A stretch of 64,000 bases of DNA from Amphiscolops sp. MND2022 (lineage: Eukaryota): NCBI GenBank assembly GCA_964187785.1, contig OZ076409.1, positions 48,238,001 to 48,302,000 on the forward strand, read 5' to 3'. Made by a program: the position numbers and the translations under genes. This document shows, piece by piece, positions 25,041 to 36,500 of the stretch (its first letter is position 1; each line of letters opens with the position of its first letter). A model generated the notes under the pieces. The model ran no database searches. It was not told the DNA's origin and saw only the letters and a list, made by a program, of their open reading frames with translations.

Positions 25041-27817
25041 CACTTGCTTATCGTGTATTAAGAACACTACCTACAGATTGAGGCTAAAATGTTCTTAAAT
25101 ATCCGACAAAACGAGGCGCAAAAAGATCTTATGTTCTTAAATTTTCGACAATTTGAGGCCCGGGGTGTTCTCAATTTCTAGAAATCGGAAGTTTTCACTA
25201 CCACGCGTGATAGTTATGTAAGCGTATACATGTAGGCCGGTCGACTGGTGGTCAGGTGAGTACACGTAATATTGTTAGACATTTGGTACCCTTGTAGTCT
25301 CTCACTGCGCGTGAGCGTCGTATTCTACAGTCCTGTGATAAAAGAATAGAACCCCTAATTGATAATGTTTGGAACAACCAATTTTTCTGAAATTATTCGG
25401 AAACTATTGATATTCAAAAGAAATGCCGGATTTCTTTCACTATGACCCCCATATCACTCGTTACACTATGTCCCCCCTAGAGAAAAAGAATGTTTACGGA
25501 TCTTTTATATTCATCTCCTATTGGCTAATCTCTCATACTATTCTGTCAATCAATTGATCTCGTCATAACTAACATTTTTTATTGGTTCTTATTACTCAAA
25601 ATCACCCCATATCAAAAATAAATCCAGTTTACAGTCGCGTTTGTTTGAAACTTCTATGTCAAATATTGGGGAAATTAGTTTTCAATGCCTCTCTGTAATA
25701 TTTGGTTTGCAAACCAAGTTTTAAAATTTTGTCTTTACAAAACCAAGTTTTTACAAAACCAAGTTTTTGTAAAATTTACAAACAATTTTGATTAGTTTTA
25801 GTTTATCGACCGGTTCATCACTGTCAATTGAGTGCACTGTCAAACTTTGAGGCACTTAGTATTTACATGTCCAAAGAAAAAAGATAATCTCCACTGAATT
25901 AATTCCGGTACATGTATTAAGATTGGTATAGATTTAAGACATAGATTTGTGATATTCTTTTTACATGTACACTCTAGGGTACTGAAAATTTTTGAGTGTA
26001 ATCAGTGAATGATGGGCACCTTGCACAATATTAAAGAGTAAATGATGACCAGCTTCCGCTCATAATTTAGACTCTGCAACTAATTTCCAAAATTCTCTAC
26101 GTAAAAAATATTATTTACAAACTTGTCTCTTATTAGTTTTAAGGCTTTCAAAATTAGATAAATGTAAACTAGACAAAAATCCAAGAAATTCTCTGAAAGC
26201 CTCAAAAACGGCCGAATATTCAGAGAATAGACAATCAATAGACTCAGCGTTCTAAGTTCGGCTTGATATAATCAAAAAATCTAAATGTATAAAAGGTCAG
26301 AATGATAGAACCTTGGATTGCTCTCAAGACGGCGAATAAAAGTAATGAATTGGTGATTACAACCCAGAAGCTGGAGCTAATATGGGGTGAACTTTATGAA
26401 CCAACCAGATCAATTCATTCACCATGTTGATAGCAAATATTGCGATTGCTTTTCCACAGCGAAATTCAAATAATGTAAAGAACTAATGTTTTTGGACTAA
26501 GAATTATTCGCTCATATTTTGTAGTTCATGAATTGCATTCAGATTTTGTAAAAGAAAAACTTAAGTCAAAATTTCAATACTTCTGTTCTGTATTTTACTA
26601 ATAGAGACTTTGATTTTTCAACAACAAACATTTGCGAACAGTGAAAAGACTTCTATTGATCGTGTTGCAAAAGTGAAAGATTTCGTAGAAAATCTAACCA
26701 ACAAACCTTTTTCTAGATTTACCCCAAACTGCAGCTTCAACAAAATCCAGGAATTCAAAAACCTGCACGAGTAAATGAGTTTAAATGAAAACACTTTTGA
26801 TAAACAGAAGTCTAGCGAGAGTGAATCATAGTTCAAGCGTTGCTACTAGAATATAACTCAACAACAAAAGAAAAATCCACAAAATGTATTTTCTCGCGAG
26901 TGAATCAATCAACGAGCGAGGCGAAAAGAAAGTAATTTTGAGTCACAGTCGCATCGAGGCCATCTGAAAGAGCCTATCGTCTCCACACGGCTATGATGAA
27001 AGAAGATGATAGAAAGGAAAATGAATAAATGTACAATTATTTGTGATGTTTCAACGGCAAATTCTGACGAATGTTCCAGGCACGCCATTACTTATGAGTC
27101 AGAGAGCGAGACCACAATCCAAGTAAGCGACAGTTCTCGTGTTTGGAGTCGCAGCGTTGCTCTGAGTAACATTTGATTGCGCTCTGCCCCTTGCCACTCA
27201 GCAATGTTCCATTTGCAGCGGAGAGCTTATCCGTAGGTGGAGTGAAGTCGCCTTGCACCGACAACATAGGACACAAAATACATATTTTGTATATAGAGCT
27301 ACAGGAGGCTGATTTTCTGCTGTAGAACGACCAACGCATTTGTCCCTACTGACAGAAGGGGGTAGATATGAACAAGAAGTGTAATTCGAACAAGCGCACA
27401 TACAGAACGTGCGTAAACGGTTGGTCTTGAGTGACTAAGACTGAATATACAGTATGTATCGTGGAGGAACAAGTGGTTAAGCATCTCCATAAAATTAAAT
27501 TCCTTCCTGCAATTTCAACGCATTCACATACCACACGCATCTCAATTGTACGTACTGTATACACAATACGTTAAAATGTAATATTAGCACAGGATACACA
27601 TCAACATTCAATTGCTGATACAGCATATCGCTTCGCAAGGAACAAAGCAGCAGCAACAAATAAACCTACTGTCTGTCACTTGTTCAATTTTATCGAATTT
27701 CCTTTTTTGAACTTCATTTCAACCATTGAAACATTTCATGCATACGTGAAAACAAAATACAACAATGCAATATTTTCAAAGCAAAAAGAAAACTCAAAAT
27801 TAATTCAATTAAAGCAC

Positions 27818-28551
27818 CCCGGGTCGATCCTCCATGGATATCTTAGTAAGATCTTGCCAAGATCTTGGAAAAATCTTAGCTAAGATCGTGACAAGATATT
27901 GCCAAGAATTGCAAGATGCCATGGTAAGATCTTATCAAGAGAGCCATGTTTCCAAGAAAACTTTTATTGTAAAATCCTATTTGGAAAGAAAAAATCTGAA
28001 AGGAAGTCAACAAAAATCAACATTTATGCAGATTTATATTGTTAGACATTAAAACTTCTGTTAGCAATGTATAAAATTTGATTGAAGAGATATTTATTTA
28101 GGAAGACACTGGTTAAATTGTTCTTTCAATTGCAAAACTGTCGCCAACAACGGCGTCAGAAAAGCCTCGACCTGAATCACTACCCAAACCGGGCAATGAC
28201 CGCCGTTTCCAGCAATAACAAGGCTGCTGAAACATGCTCAAAGAAAGCTGGAAAGCATGCAAATTTGTTTCGGGGATTGAAACATTTTGATATTGAAAAC
28301 GAGTAGAAATAGTCGTTGTTGGGTGAAATGAGCCTTCAGATTGAGTCTCGGTTGTTTGTACCGAAGGTATAGTGTTTTTTATAATCTTAAAATTTTGTCC
28401 ATCGTGATAAGATACGATCTTGGAATAAGTATTATCTTAGTAAGATATTAGTAAGAATCTTGCCATGGGATCCATGGTTGCCAAGATGTAGTAAGAATTT
28501 GGCAGGATCTTGCCAAGACAGCCAAGATGCTAGTAAGAGGGTCAACCCGGG
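27818..28551. mobile_element. MITE with CCCGGG termini, subterminal ATCTTGCCAAG-type repeats and 2-bp TSD (AC); CMC/EnSpm-like
   Basis: AC|CCCGGGTCGATCCTC ... GAGGGTCAACCCGGG|AC, with arrays of aagatcttg(g/c)caag in both arms. Confidence 0.7.
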
Positions 28552-28979
28552 ACACTATAAGTAGTAGAGTAAAATTCAAACTGTGAGTGTAGGAACAAGT
28601 CCGCCATTTAAAGGCGGAAAACATGCTATTTAGGCGGCAATAAAGCAAAGCAAAAATTTAATGAAAATTACTCGAAAGTACAGAAATAGGTTTTTGGGAC
28701 ATTTTCTGATATTTATTTACAAAATACACACAAGCATTATCCCCTCTCTCAGATGACATAGTAGTACTACTAGTAGAAACACATGCCGTATTACAGGTCC
28801 AGACTTGTAAGTTTTTTCCGTAGTGATTTCGCGGTCTATATTCGAAGAAATATGGTAAGCTGACTTTTAAGATAAAATTTTCAGGCTTAATGCGGCTTCT
28901 AATCGGGCGTGGCCTTTATTCGGTGGCGACTTCTACAGTAGTATTCGTCTAAATTCACCTGCTCTAATGCCAACATTCC

Positions 28980-29517
28980 CAGGGGTTTTGAAAAATTAAT
29001 TTTCAAACAAAAAATTAAATTTCAATTAATTGTTAAATCAAAAATTAATACCAATATAATTGGCTTAAAACCAATTAATTGCAATTAATTGGTCAATTGT
29101 TCGGCATTGATATTTACTGAGTTTTTCACAGTATCGACAGTATGATCGTCCCAAAATCGGTGATTAACCTTTAAAAAGAGTTGCATTTCCAAGTTTATTG
29201 GCAGTAATGCTTGGCGAAAATCAGAAAAAGCAAATCCGGCGATTATTCAAATTAATAGATTAACCAATCAGGTTGCAGATAGCTCTTTCACTCTGCATCA
29301 CTGTTGTGTGTCGAGTGTGTGTCGTGTGTCACCAATACGAGAGATTTTCAATATGGCACGCGACTTAGTCTTATTTTAGGTAGTCAAAAATTGGCCAATT
29401 ATTGCAATTAATTGCTATTGAGTAAATCCGCTTTTTAATTAATTGGGGCTTTCAAATCAATTATTTACTCAATTAATTGCAATTAATTTTTCATCAATTA
29501 ATTTTTGAAAACCCCTG
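28980..29517. mobile_element. hAT-like MITE with AATTAATT-rich arms
   Basis: CAGGGGTTTTGAAAAATTAATT ... AATTAATTTTTGAAAACCCCTG; no TSD recognisable. Confidence 0.65.
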
Positions 29518-30301
29518 ATTTAAGCAGCCTTTTTTGGTTAATGAGCTATGTTTCTAAAGTAATGCTATATCTTTCGAAATGCCTGCCCAATTGAAATCTC
29601 AACTCCGAATTATATAACACAAACATCAAACTGTCAAAAATCGAAACTGTAGAATCGATGAGAATCAAATTTGCAGGTAGTTTGGGGATCGTGGAGAACA
29701 TTAATGATTATTCAGAAGTGGAAAAGCAGACAGGTTTCCGGCTTATTTTCGGTGTTTTTTGGAATCAAAACTCATTCTCCAATACACAAGATTCGACTCT
29801 TGCGATGATCATAAATATTCTGCACCTGCAAGAAAATTCGAGTTGTTTCTAAGTTCATTCATCATTTCTACATTTTACGGATCCAATTTGTTCTATGTTT
29901 CTAGTGAGAGGTTGTCCACTCCAGTAGACTTTGTTATGTTAAGTGTTTGGGTTTCCTGGAGTATCTCAGGCACAGTACATTTCAGGCACAACTGTACATT
30001 TCAGGCACAATAGATGAGGATATTCTTTCTTCTAGTGTATTACAAAAACGGACGCTGTATGGGGATCGGAACACTGAAAATGTAGTCTGATTTACAAAGA
30101 GTTCAAATTTAAAAATGAAATGTTAAAGAAAATCAATACTATTTATAATACCAATTCATCCATATGGAAGTAAATGATTACATTATAAGTTTACATTCAT
30201 TTGCACGTTAAAATTCGTTCATTCGGATGTTAACGTTCATTTGGATGGATTCGTTCATCCACTTGGCTGTCTTTAGAAGGCATCTGTTGGTGTCTTCCCA
30301 C

Positions 30302-30800
30302 GGTTACCAGTCGCTTGGCTTAATACCATTTGGCTTAATTTTTTCGTAGAGTCATTTGGCTTAAAAATTTCAAGCCAAGTGACCACAAAATTAAGCCAAC
30401 TCCATTCCAACTCAAGGAATAAATATGTCAACTCCCGGAAATATCATAATGTGGGGCATACACGGTGTATGCACGCTCGCCCTCACCGTCGCAAAGACCA
30501 GCTCCCACTACGATCGCTTCGCGATCTTCGTTCCCGCTAAGTCTTTGCTCCTGTTCGACCTCGCTTAGCAAGATGGGAATATAAGCGGCCCCAAGGGGCC
30601 ACAGGGCACTAGAGGAATAGGGGACATATCCGAGGGGTACTTGCTATGACATGTTATAATAATACGCTGACTACGTTATCAAGATAAATTTGTGTTTTCA
30701 ACTAAGTGGTTTTAAGTCAAATGACTTTAAGCCAAGTGACCAATTGTATTAAGCCAAATGACTTTAAGCCAAATGGCATCAAGCCAAGTGACTATTTACC
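30302..30800. mobile_element. MULE-like MITE, TTGGCTTAA-repeat arms, 8-bp TSD
   Basis: TSD CTTCCCAC at 30294-30301 and 30801-30808. Long imperfect TIRs with GG...CC termini. Contains shared core 1 (30452-30632). Confidence 0.8.
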
Positions 30801-31003
30801 CTTCCCACGAGTCCGAAAAAAAATTTTAATTACCACGAGTCCGAAAATTAATTTTAATTCCCATGAGTCCGAAAATAAACCATATCTCATTTGTTTCAAA
30901 GTATCGACTTTCATTTTATTTTTGAAATTTTAATAGTTATTTCAATCTGAAATTCCGCGGGACTCGTTCTATCGACACGCGCGCAGAATTGTTAAATTTA
31001 ATT

Positions 31004-31845
31004 GGGTGAGCGGAAGTAGGTCGAAGCGACGGGATCGAAAATCAGAGTTAGTCCTCAGGTCGACAGGCGGTGGGCGTTTGGATCGAATGAGTTTGCGCGA
31101 AAATGCAATCTGTCACTGAGATCGAAGTGGAAATGGTCAAAGAAAATGAGATCGAATCCATGTTTTCAAATACCTAGCGTTTTCAAATAACAATGTTTTT
31201 GGCCGTCGGATATGCCCCCCATTTCCTCTAATGCCCCGCGGCCCCTTGAGGCCGCTTATGTTCCCATCTTGCTAAGCGAGGTCGAACAGGAGCAAAGACC
31301 TAGCGGGAACGGAGATCGCGAAGCGATCGTAGTGGGAGCTGGTCTTTGCGACGGTGAGGGCGAGCGTGCATACACCGTATATGATCCCATATTAGGTGGG
31401 GAAAACTACCTAAATAATTTTAAACGCTTTTAAACACTTTACAGGAGCAAAAACCTAGCAAAACCGGAAAAATTCGATCTCAAAACCTTCGATCCATTTT
31501 CGATCTCGCTTTTCGCTCACACAAAAATTAGATCCAAAAATACCCCACCAGGTCGACATTCCAAATTTTTGAATGGAATCGAAACAACTCGGATCGAAAT
31601 TTTTATAACGTAGTCAGATATGTTCACATACCCCTAGTGCCCTGAATGCAGGGGCGATGCGAAGCGGAGCGACGTGCCATATGGCCATGCCTCAATGTTG
31701 CTACTTGGCGAAGGGAGCGAAGCGACCGAGCCATACAACAAATACGATAAAATTCGACCTCATTCCATTCGATCCCTGCAATTCGATCAAAAGGTTCGAC
31801 CTCTGTCCTTTCGACCAGAAAAATTCGACCTATTTACAGCCACCC
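31004..31845. mobile_element. MULE-like MITE, GGGTG termini, TCGA-rich arms, 9-bp TSD
   Basis: Perfect TSD AATTTAATT at 30995-31003 and 31846-31854. TIR gggtgagcggaagtaggtcgaa / ttcgacctatttacagccaccc. Contains core 1 (inverted, 31207-31389) and core 2 (31620-31744). Confidence 0.85.
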
Positions 31846-32075
31846 AATTTAATTAAATACCTGGATGAAGTTGCAAAAACAGTAGAATACAAACAATACA
31901 GCTCAACAATCTTTCGGAATCATGGGATTTGAAATTTATTTTCGGACTCGTGAATAGCAATCCATCTGTTTGGTACAGTTTCCCGACATCCAATCATCCA
32001 GATAAGCGGTTTCCGCTGGTGTCACTTTTATTCGCAGTATAAGATTTGATAGCGAAGTTTGTTTGACAAATTCTT

Positions 32076-32276
32076 TTACTTTCTTCGCGTAACTCTCACG
32101 CGATTGCGCAATGTCGACCCAGGGATGTCCATCACTTTCGCTGCTGCCCAGGGGATGTGCAATAGTACAGCGGCGTATGTTGCTCTCGTCATGAAATCAG
32201 ATTTTTCTTGTTTTCTTTTGATAACTTCTTCCTGCAAAAACTCCCATAGCTTCGAAAGCGTTATTAATATATGCAC
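32076..32276 (-). pseudogene. Pipsqueak-type HTH fragment, likely pogo/Tigger transposase relic
   Basis: AAAKVMDIPGSTLRNRV resembles the HTH_psq pattern AAxxxxIPxSTLxxR; short and isolated. Confidence 0.4.
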
Positions 32277-32401
32277 CCGTCAAGTTATTTCTTTTTGGCA
32301 CGATCCATTTTCCAAAAAATGCACCAGCGCCCACCTTGTATTGCAACCCGTTGCCTTGAAATGGCAGTTCCACTGCATCCAGAACTGGCGCTAATTGCCT
32401 C

Positions 32402-32927
32402 GGAGTGTACGCCTTTGATCTAACTCATTAGGTCTAATGGAATTAGATCTAACTTTCAGATCTAATTTAGGTCTAACTTTAGGTCTAACTTTCGGATCTA
32501 ATTTCATCTAAAATACTTAGTCTAACCCCTTTATGATTTAATATGTGTTCTGAAAGCGAAAATTTAATTTGGGGCATGTGCGATGTATGCACGCTCGCTC
32601 TCACCGTCGCAAAGACCAGCTCCCGCTACGATCGCTTCGCGATCTCCGTTCCCGCTAGGTCTTTGCTCCTGTTCGACCTCGCTTAGCAAGATGGGAATAT
32701 AGTCAGCCCCAAGGGACCGCGGAACACTAGAGGAAATGGGGACATATCCGAGGCACGTTTTATACTTTATATCACTTTTTAGTTTTAGATCCTCATCGAC
32801 TTTTGTTTTTCTCAAACTAGATCAAATTAGAAGAGATTTTTAGACCTGATTATTTAGATCAATTTATTTAGATCTCAGTTTTGCCCCCTCTCTTAGATCT
32901 ATTTCATTAGACCTGATTCCACGCACC
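32402..32927. mobile_element. MULE-like MITE, AGATCTAA-repeat arms, 9-bp TSD (1 mismatch)
   Basis: aattgcctc (32393-32401) / tattgcctc (32928-32936). Inverted aggtctaa/ttagacct arrays. Contains core 1 (32570-32750). Confidence 0.75.
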
Positions 32928-32989
32928 TATTGCCTCATTTGATTCTCTACTTGTTACATATTGAAGTTGATTCGTACGTGATATTGGTA

Positions 32990-33270
32990 GGGTGGGCGGA
33001 AATAGGTCGAAGGAACGTGATCGAAAATCAGAGTTAGTCCTCAGGTCGACATACCAAATTTTTGAATGGGATCGAAACAACTCGGATCGTATTTTTTATA
33101 ACCATATGGCCATGCCTCAATGTCGCTACTTGGCGAAGGGAGCGAAGCGACCGAGCCATACAACAAATACGATGAAATTCGACCGCATTCCATTCGATCC
33201 CTGCAATTCGATCAAAAGGTTCGACCTCAGTCCTTTCGACCAGAAAAATTCGACCTATTTACAGCCACCC
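32990..33270. mobile_element. Internally deleted copy of the 31004-31845 MITE, 9-bp TSD
   Basis: ATATTGGTA at 32981-32989 and 33271-33279; same TIRs and right arm as 31004-31845. Confidence 0.85.
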
Positions 33271-33279
33271 ATATTGGTA

Positions 33280-33579
33280 GTGCCATTTGGGTGACAAAAA
33301 TTTCAGCCCATTTTGGCGACAATAATGTCGCCTAAATGTCCCGTTGACTAATGGCCAAATATGTTCACATACCCCTTGTGCCCTAAATCCAGGAGCGAAG
33401 CGAAGCGGAGCGACGTGCCATATGGCCATGCCTCAATGTTGCTACTTGGCGAAGGGAGCGAAGCGACCGAGCCTTACAACAAATATGCTAACCTCTTCAA
33501 ATATATCAGTTAATTGATCAATTTGATCAACCCATTCGGCCCAAATGACTGGTGACTGGTGACCAAATGTCCCTGACCC
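33280..33579. mobile_element. MITE with CATTTGG/CCAAATG arms carrying core 2
   Basis: Bounded by ATATTGGTA at 33271-33279 and 33580-33588. Core 2 at ~33360-33486. The left TIR is about 6 bp shorter than the right. Confidence 0.65.
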
Positions 33580-33598
33580 ATATTGGTAGGCTTGCCAT

Positions 33599-36500
33599 TA
33601 TAGAAACCTCTATTTGTAGAAACAGTGTTAATAAAAATTTTTTTTTCGTACAATGATCCTCTGAAACAAAATGACACTTTAAAATACATCTATATATAGT
33701 CCGAACTGGTCGTAGTAGATCGGGGAGGACTGTCACAATCGAATGTAGTCCCCAAGTCTCACAGGGACCGTCTCGGGGGAGTCCGTGTGTTATCCGGGGG
33801 GTCTTTGCTAGAGGTGACTCGTTGGGTGATCCAGTTTCATTAAGTCTATCACAACATCTGGACTCCTTGTCGGGTGATCCAGCAGAAACGATGTGGGGCA
33901 TGATATCTTTGTCCAGCAAAGGCTTGTTCTCATCTCCGAGGGACTCATTTGCTGGACAGTTGAACTTGAGTTGGGCTTTGGTTATAACTGCCGGTGTCTC
34001 TGGGGGGAATATGGGACAGCTTGCTTCTGGGGGCGTTGTGTAAACTGTGCACCGGTCAGAACTTGACGCTTTGTTTCCGGTTGCGGTGTTTGCGGCTTTG
34101 CTTTAGGTGGATCTTGTGTCTGTTCTGGGTTGGTTCGTTGATTCACCGGAGACAAATTCTCGGCGTTGTTGAGAGGCTTCAAAGGTTGGATAGTGCGGGT
34201 AGTACCGGGTATGTGGTCCACAACGATCTTGTCGAATTTCCGTAGAAATTTCCGATTCCGGATGGTAACTCTGCCCGATCCATCAACTTTGACGGTGTAC
34301 TGGTCGAACTGTTTCACCTCGATCACTAAGCCGGTTCGATCCCATCGCAGTGGATGGTTACCTGTCTCGTTCTGGATAAAGACCTGGTCGCCAACTTTAA
34401 GGGGTTATAACCGTACCGTGTGTTCGGTGAGGCGTTCAGCATTTCTGACATTTCTAGCACGCATTCATTATTCCCTGGCCCGTGATGTTTCTATCCAGTT
34501 GTGAGGTATGTATGAACCAGGCAGAATGGGGATGAAGTCCTTAATGGGTCATCTAAAGATCATTTGTGCTGGGGGTAAACCGGTATCGCGGTCAGGGGCG
34601 TTGTGGTATTGAAGCATGCCTCTTTGAAATTTGCCGAGGTTGATCTCGCCGTTCGGGCCAGTGTTGTCCATGAGCATGCGCTTGCAGGTCTTCACCCCGA
34701 GCTCAGCGCGACCATTTGAGTGGGCAAGTGCAACAGATGAGAGGCGGCGATGGACACCCCAGTTTCACAACAGTTGTTGTGTCTCCTCGGCCGTCAATTC
34801 AGGGCCGCCATCTGACGATAGTTCGTCTGCAATGCCGTATGTAACAAAAATTTCGCCTAGGCATTTTACAAGACCTGAAGAACCATCTCGTGATTGCTGC
34901 ACAATCGGCCAACTAGAGTAGCGGTTCAAAACCACCATGTAATTGCAGCCCTTGTATTTGAAGTAATCCGCACAGATGCACTGGAAGGGGTAAATTGGTT
35001 CCTGAGCCGCGAGCGGAGGGCCATGTGGTTGACTGGGCGCACGCTCGTTGCCTGACCGGCACTGGGCTCTCAAGTTTGCAATAGCCGGCGTAATGCCGGG
35101 CCAATAGACGCTAGATTCAGCCCTGGACGTCATGCAGGAGACACCTTGATGAGCAGAATGCAGGGTGTCTAGGATTAGTGTTCTTATTGGTGATGAAATA
35201 ACAGTCCGGTTGTTGTATAAATTCACTCCATCCACTGTGCTGAGTCCATCCTTGAATTGGAAAAATTCTCGTATACTCGGGGCAAGATCCAATTGTGAGG
35301 TAATGCCCGTCACCTATTGTTTTTCTCCGGGAATATGGATGATAGAGAAGCGGCATGGCAGCGTCTTCTCCTTGAGTGACAGTAGTTTTTATATCTTGAT
35401 ATCGCCAAGAGGGAGTCGCAGAACGATACTTGGTTGATGCGGCCAAGCCAAGATCGGATATCAGTGATGTTTCGTGGCGTAGGAAAGTCATGGATTGCGC
35501 GGATATGTCTGTTGTCACTGAGCTGGATATCGGTCGGAGTAATGACGAAACCAGTAAAATCCACCGTGTCGGAGCCAAATACAAAATTTTCGGGATTCTG
35601 AACAAGTCCGTGTCGACCGCTGATGTCTAGCCAACGACATGTTTGAAAAAAGCTTTCTTCGAGAGTGTCTGCCCATAAGCATGTGTCATCGATGCATTTG
35701 GTTTTGTTGGGGAAGGCATTGACAATCTCGTCGGATCTTCTGGTGTATCCGTCCTTTGAATCAGCGTAGCCCTGTGGACAAGTTTTGTATCGGTACCGAC
35801 CCCATTACGTGATGAACGTGGTGAGGTGGCGATCTTCTTCTCGGATTGGTACACTGTGAAACCCGTTGCAAGCATCGGTAATTGTCTTCTTGGTCCCTGC
35901 AGGTACCAGCGTTGCTTGGTGAAACGGGGATTGGGTGTGATGTGTTTCACGAACAGCATGTTTGTTTAGCACCTGCATGTCCACTAAGCATCGTGGTTTG
36001 CCGTTTTTCTTCCGAGCCGTGACCATTCATTGGCACCAGGTAACCGGTTCTCCAACTGGTACAGCCTCCAGAACCCCGATATGACATCTCTGTCGATAGA
36101 CTGCTTCACTTCCTGTTGCCAGTGTAGAGGAACTGGAATGGGTTTGTGGACTGCGATCGGCTTGGCTTCGGGGTCGACGTGGAGTTCCAACGGCGGGCCC
36201 TCCATCAGAGGGAGTGTTTGGCATCCGCAAGTGTTGAAAGTGCTGGATCGGTATCTGTCTAGTATCCAATTCTGGAGGGCGGTCCGGTTGGCGTCCGTTG
36301 CTGGGAATGGTAGAGCAGTTGGTAATGGTGGCTGCTTGGTGCGTATGGCTCAGGAGCAGCCGCACTCCTCGTCGCATGGGCTTGCTGCAGCTGAACTGAC
36401 TGACATGGGTTGCTGAGTGGGTGATCCGATTCGCGGGAAGTCGCTCGGGATAATTCCCAGTGTTGTACAGGCTTCCCGACTCAAGTATGCATCTTCTATC

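Larger units (their letters stand above)
30289..31962. mobile_element. Outer MULE-like MITE (CACGAGTCCGAAAA arm repeats) hosting two nested MITEs
   Basis: Direct repeat CATCTGTT at 30281-30288 and 31963-31970. cacgagtccgaaaa units at 30806-30875 are inverted as ttttcggactcgtg at ~31939-31952. Confidence 0.6.

Noticed and set aside
27060..27340. Exon candidates on either strand (plus-strand HAITYESESETTIQ|gtaagc; minus-strand MLSVQGDF...)
   Set aside because: The two readings conflict, with no homology or partner exons identified.
31212..32815. Repeated peptide PILLSEVEQEQRPSGNGDREAIV as a small gene family
   Set aside because: It is a translation of MITE core 1; starts and ends differ between copies, so there is no evidence for coding.
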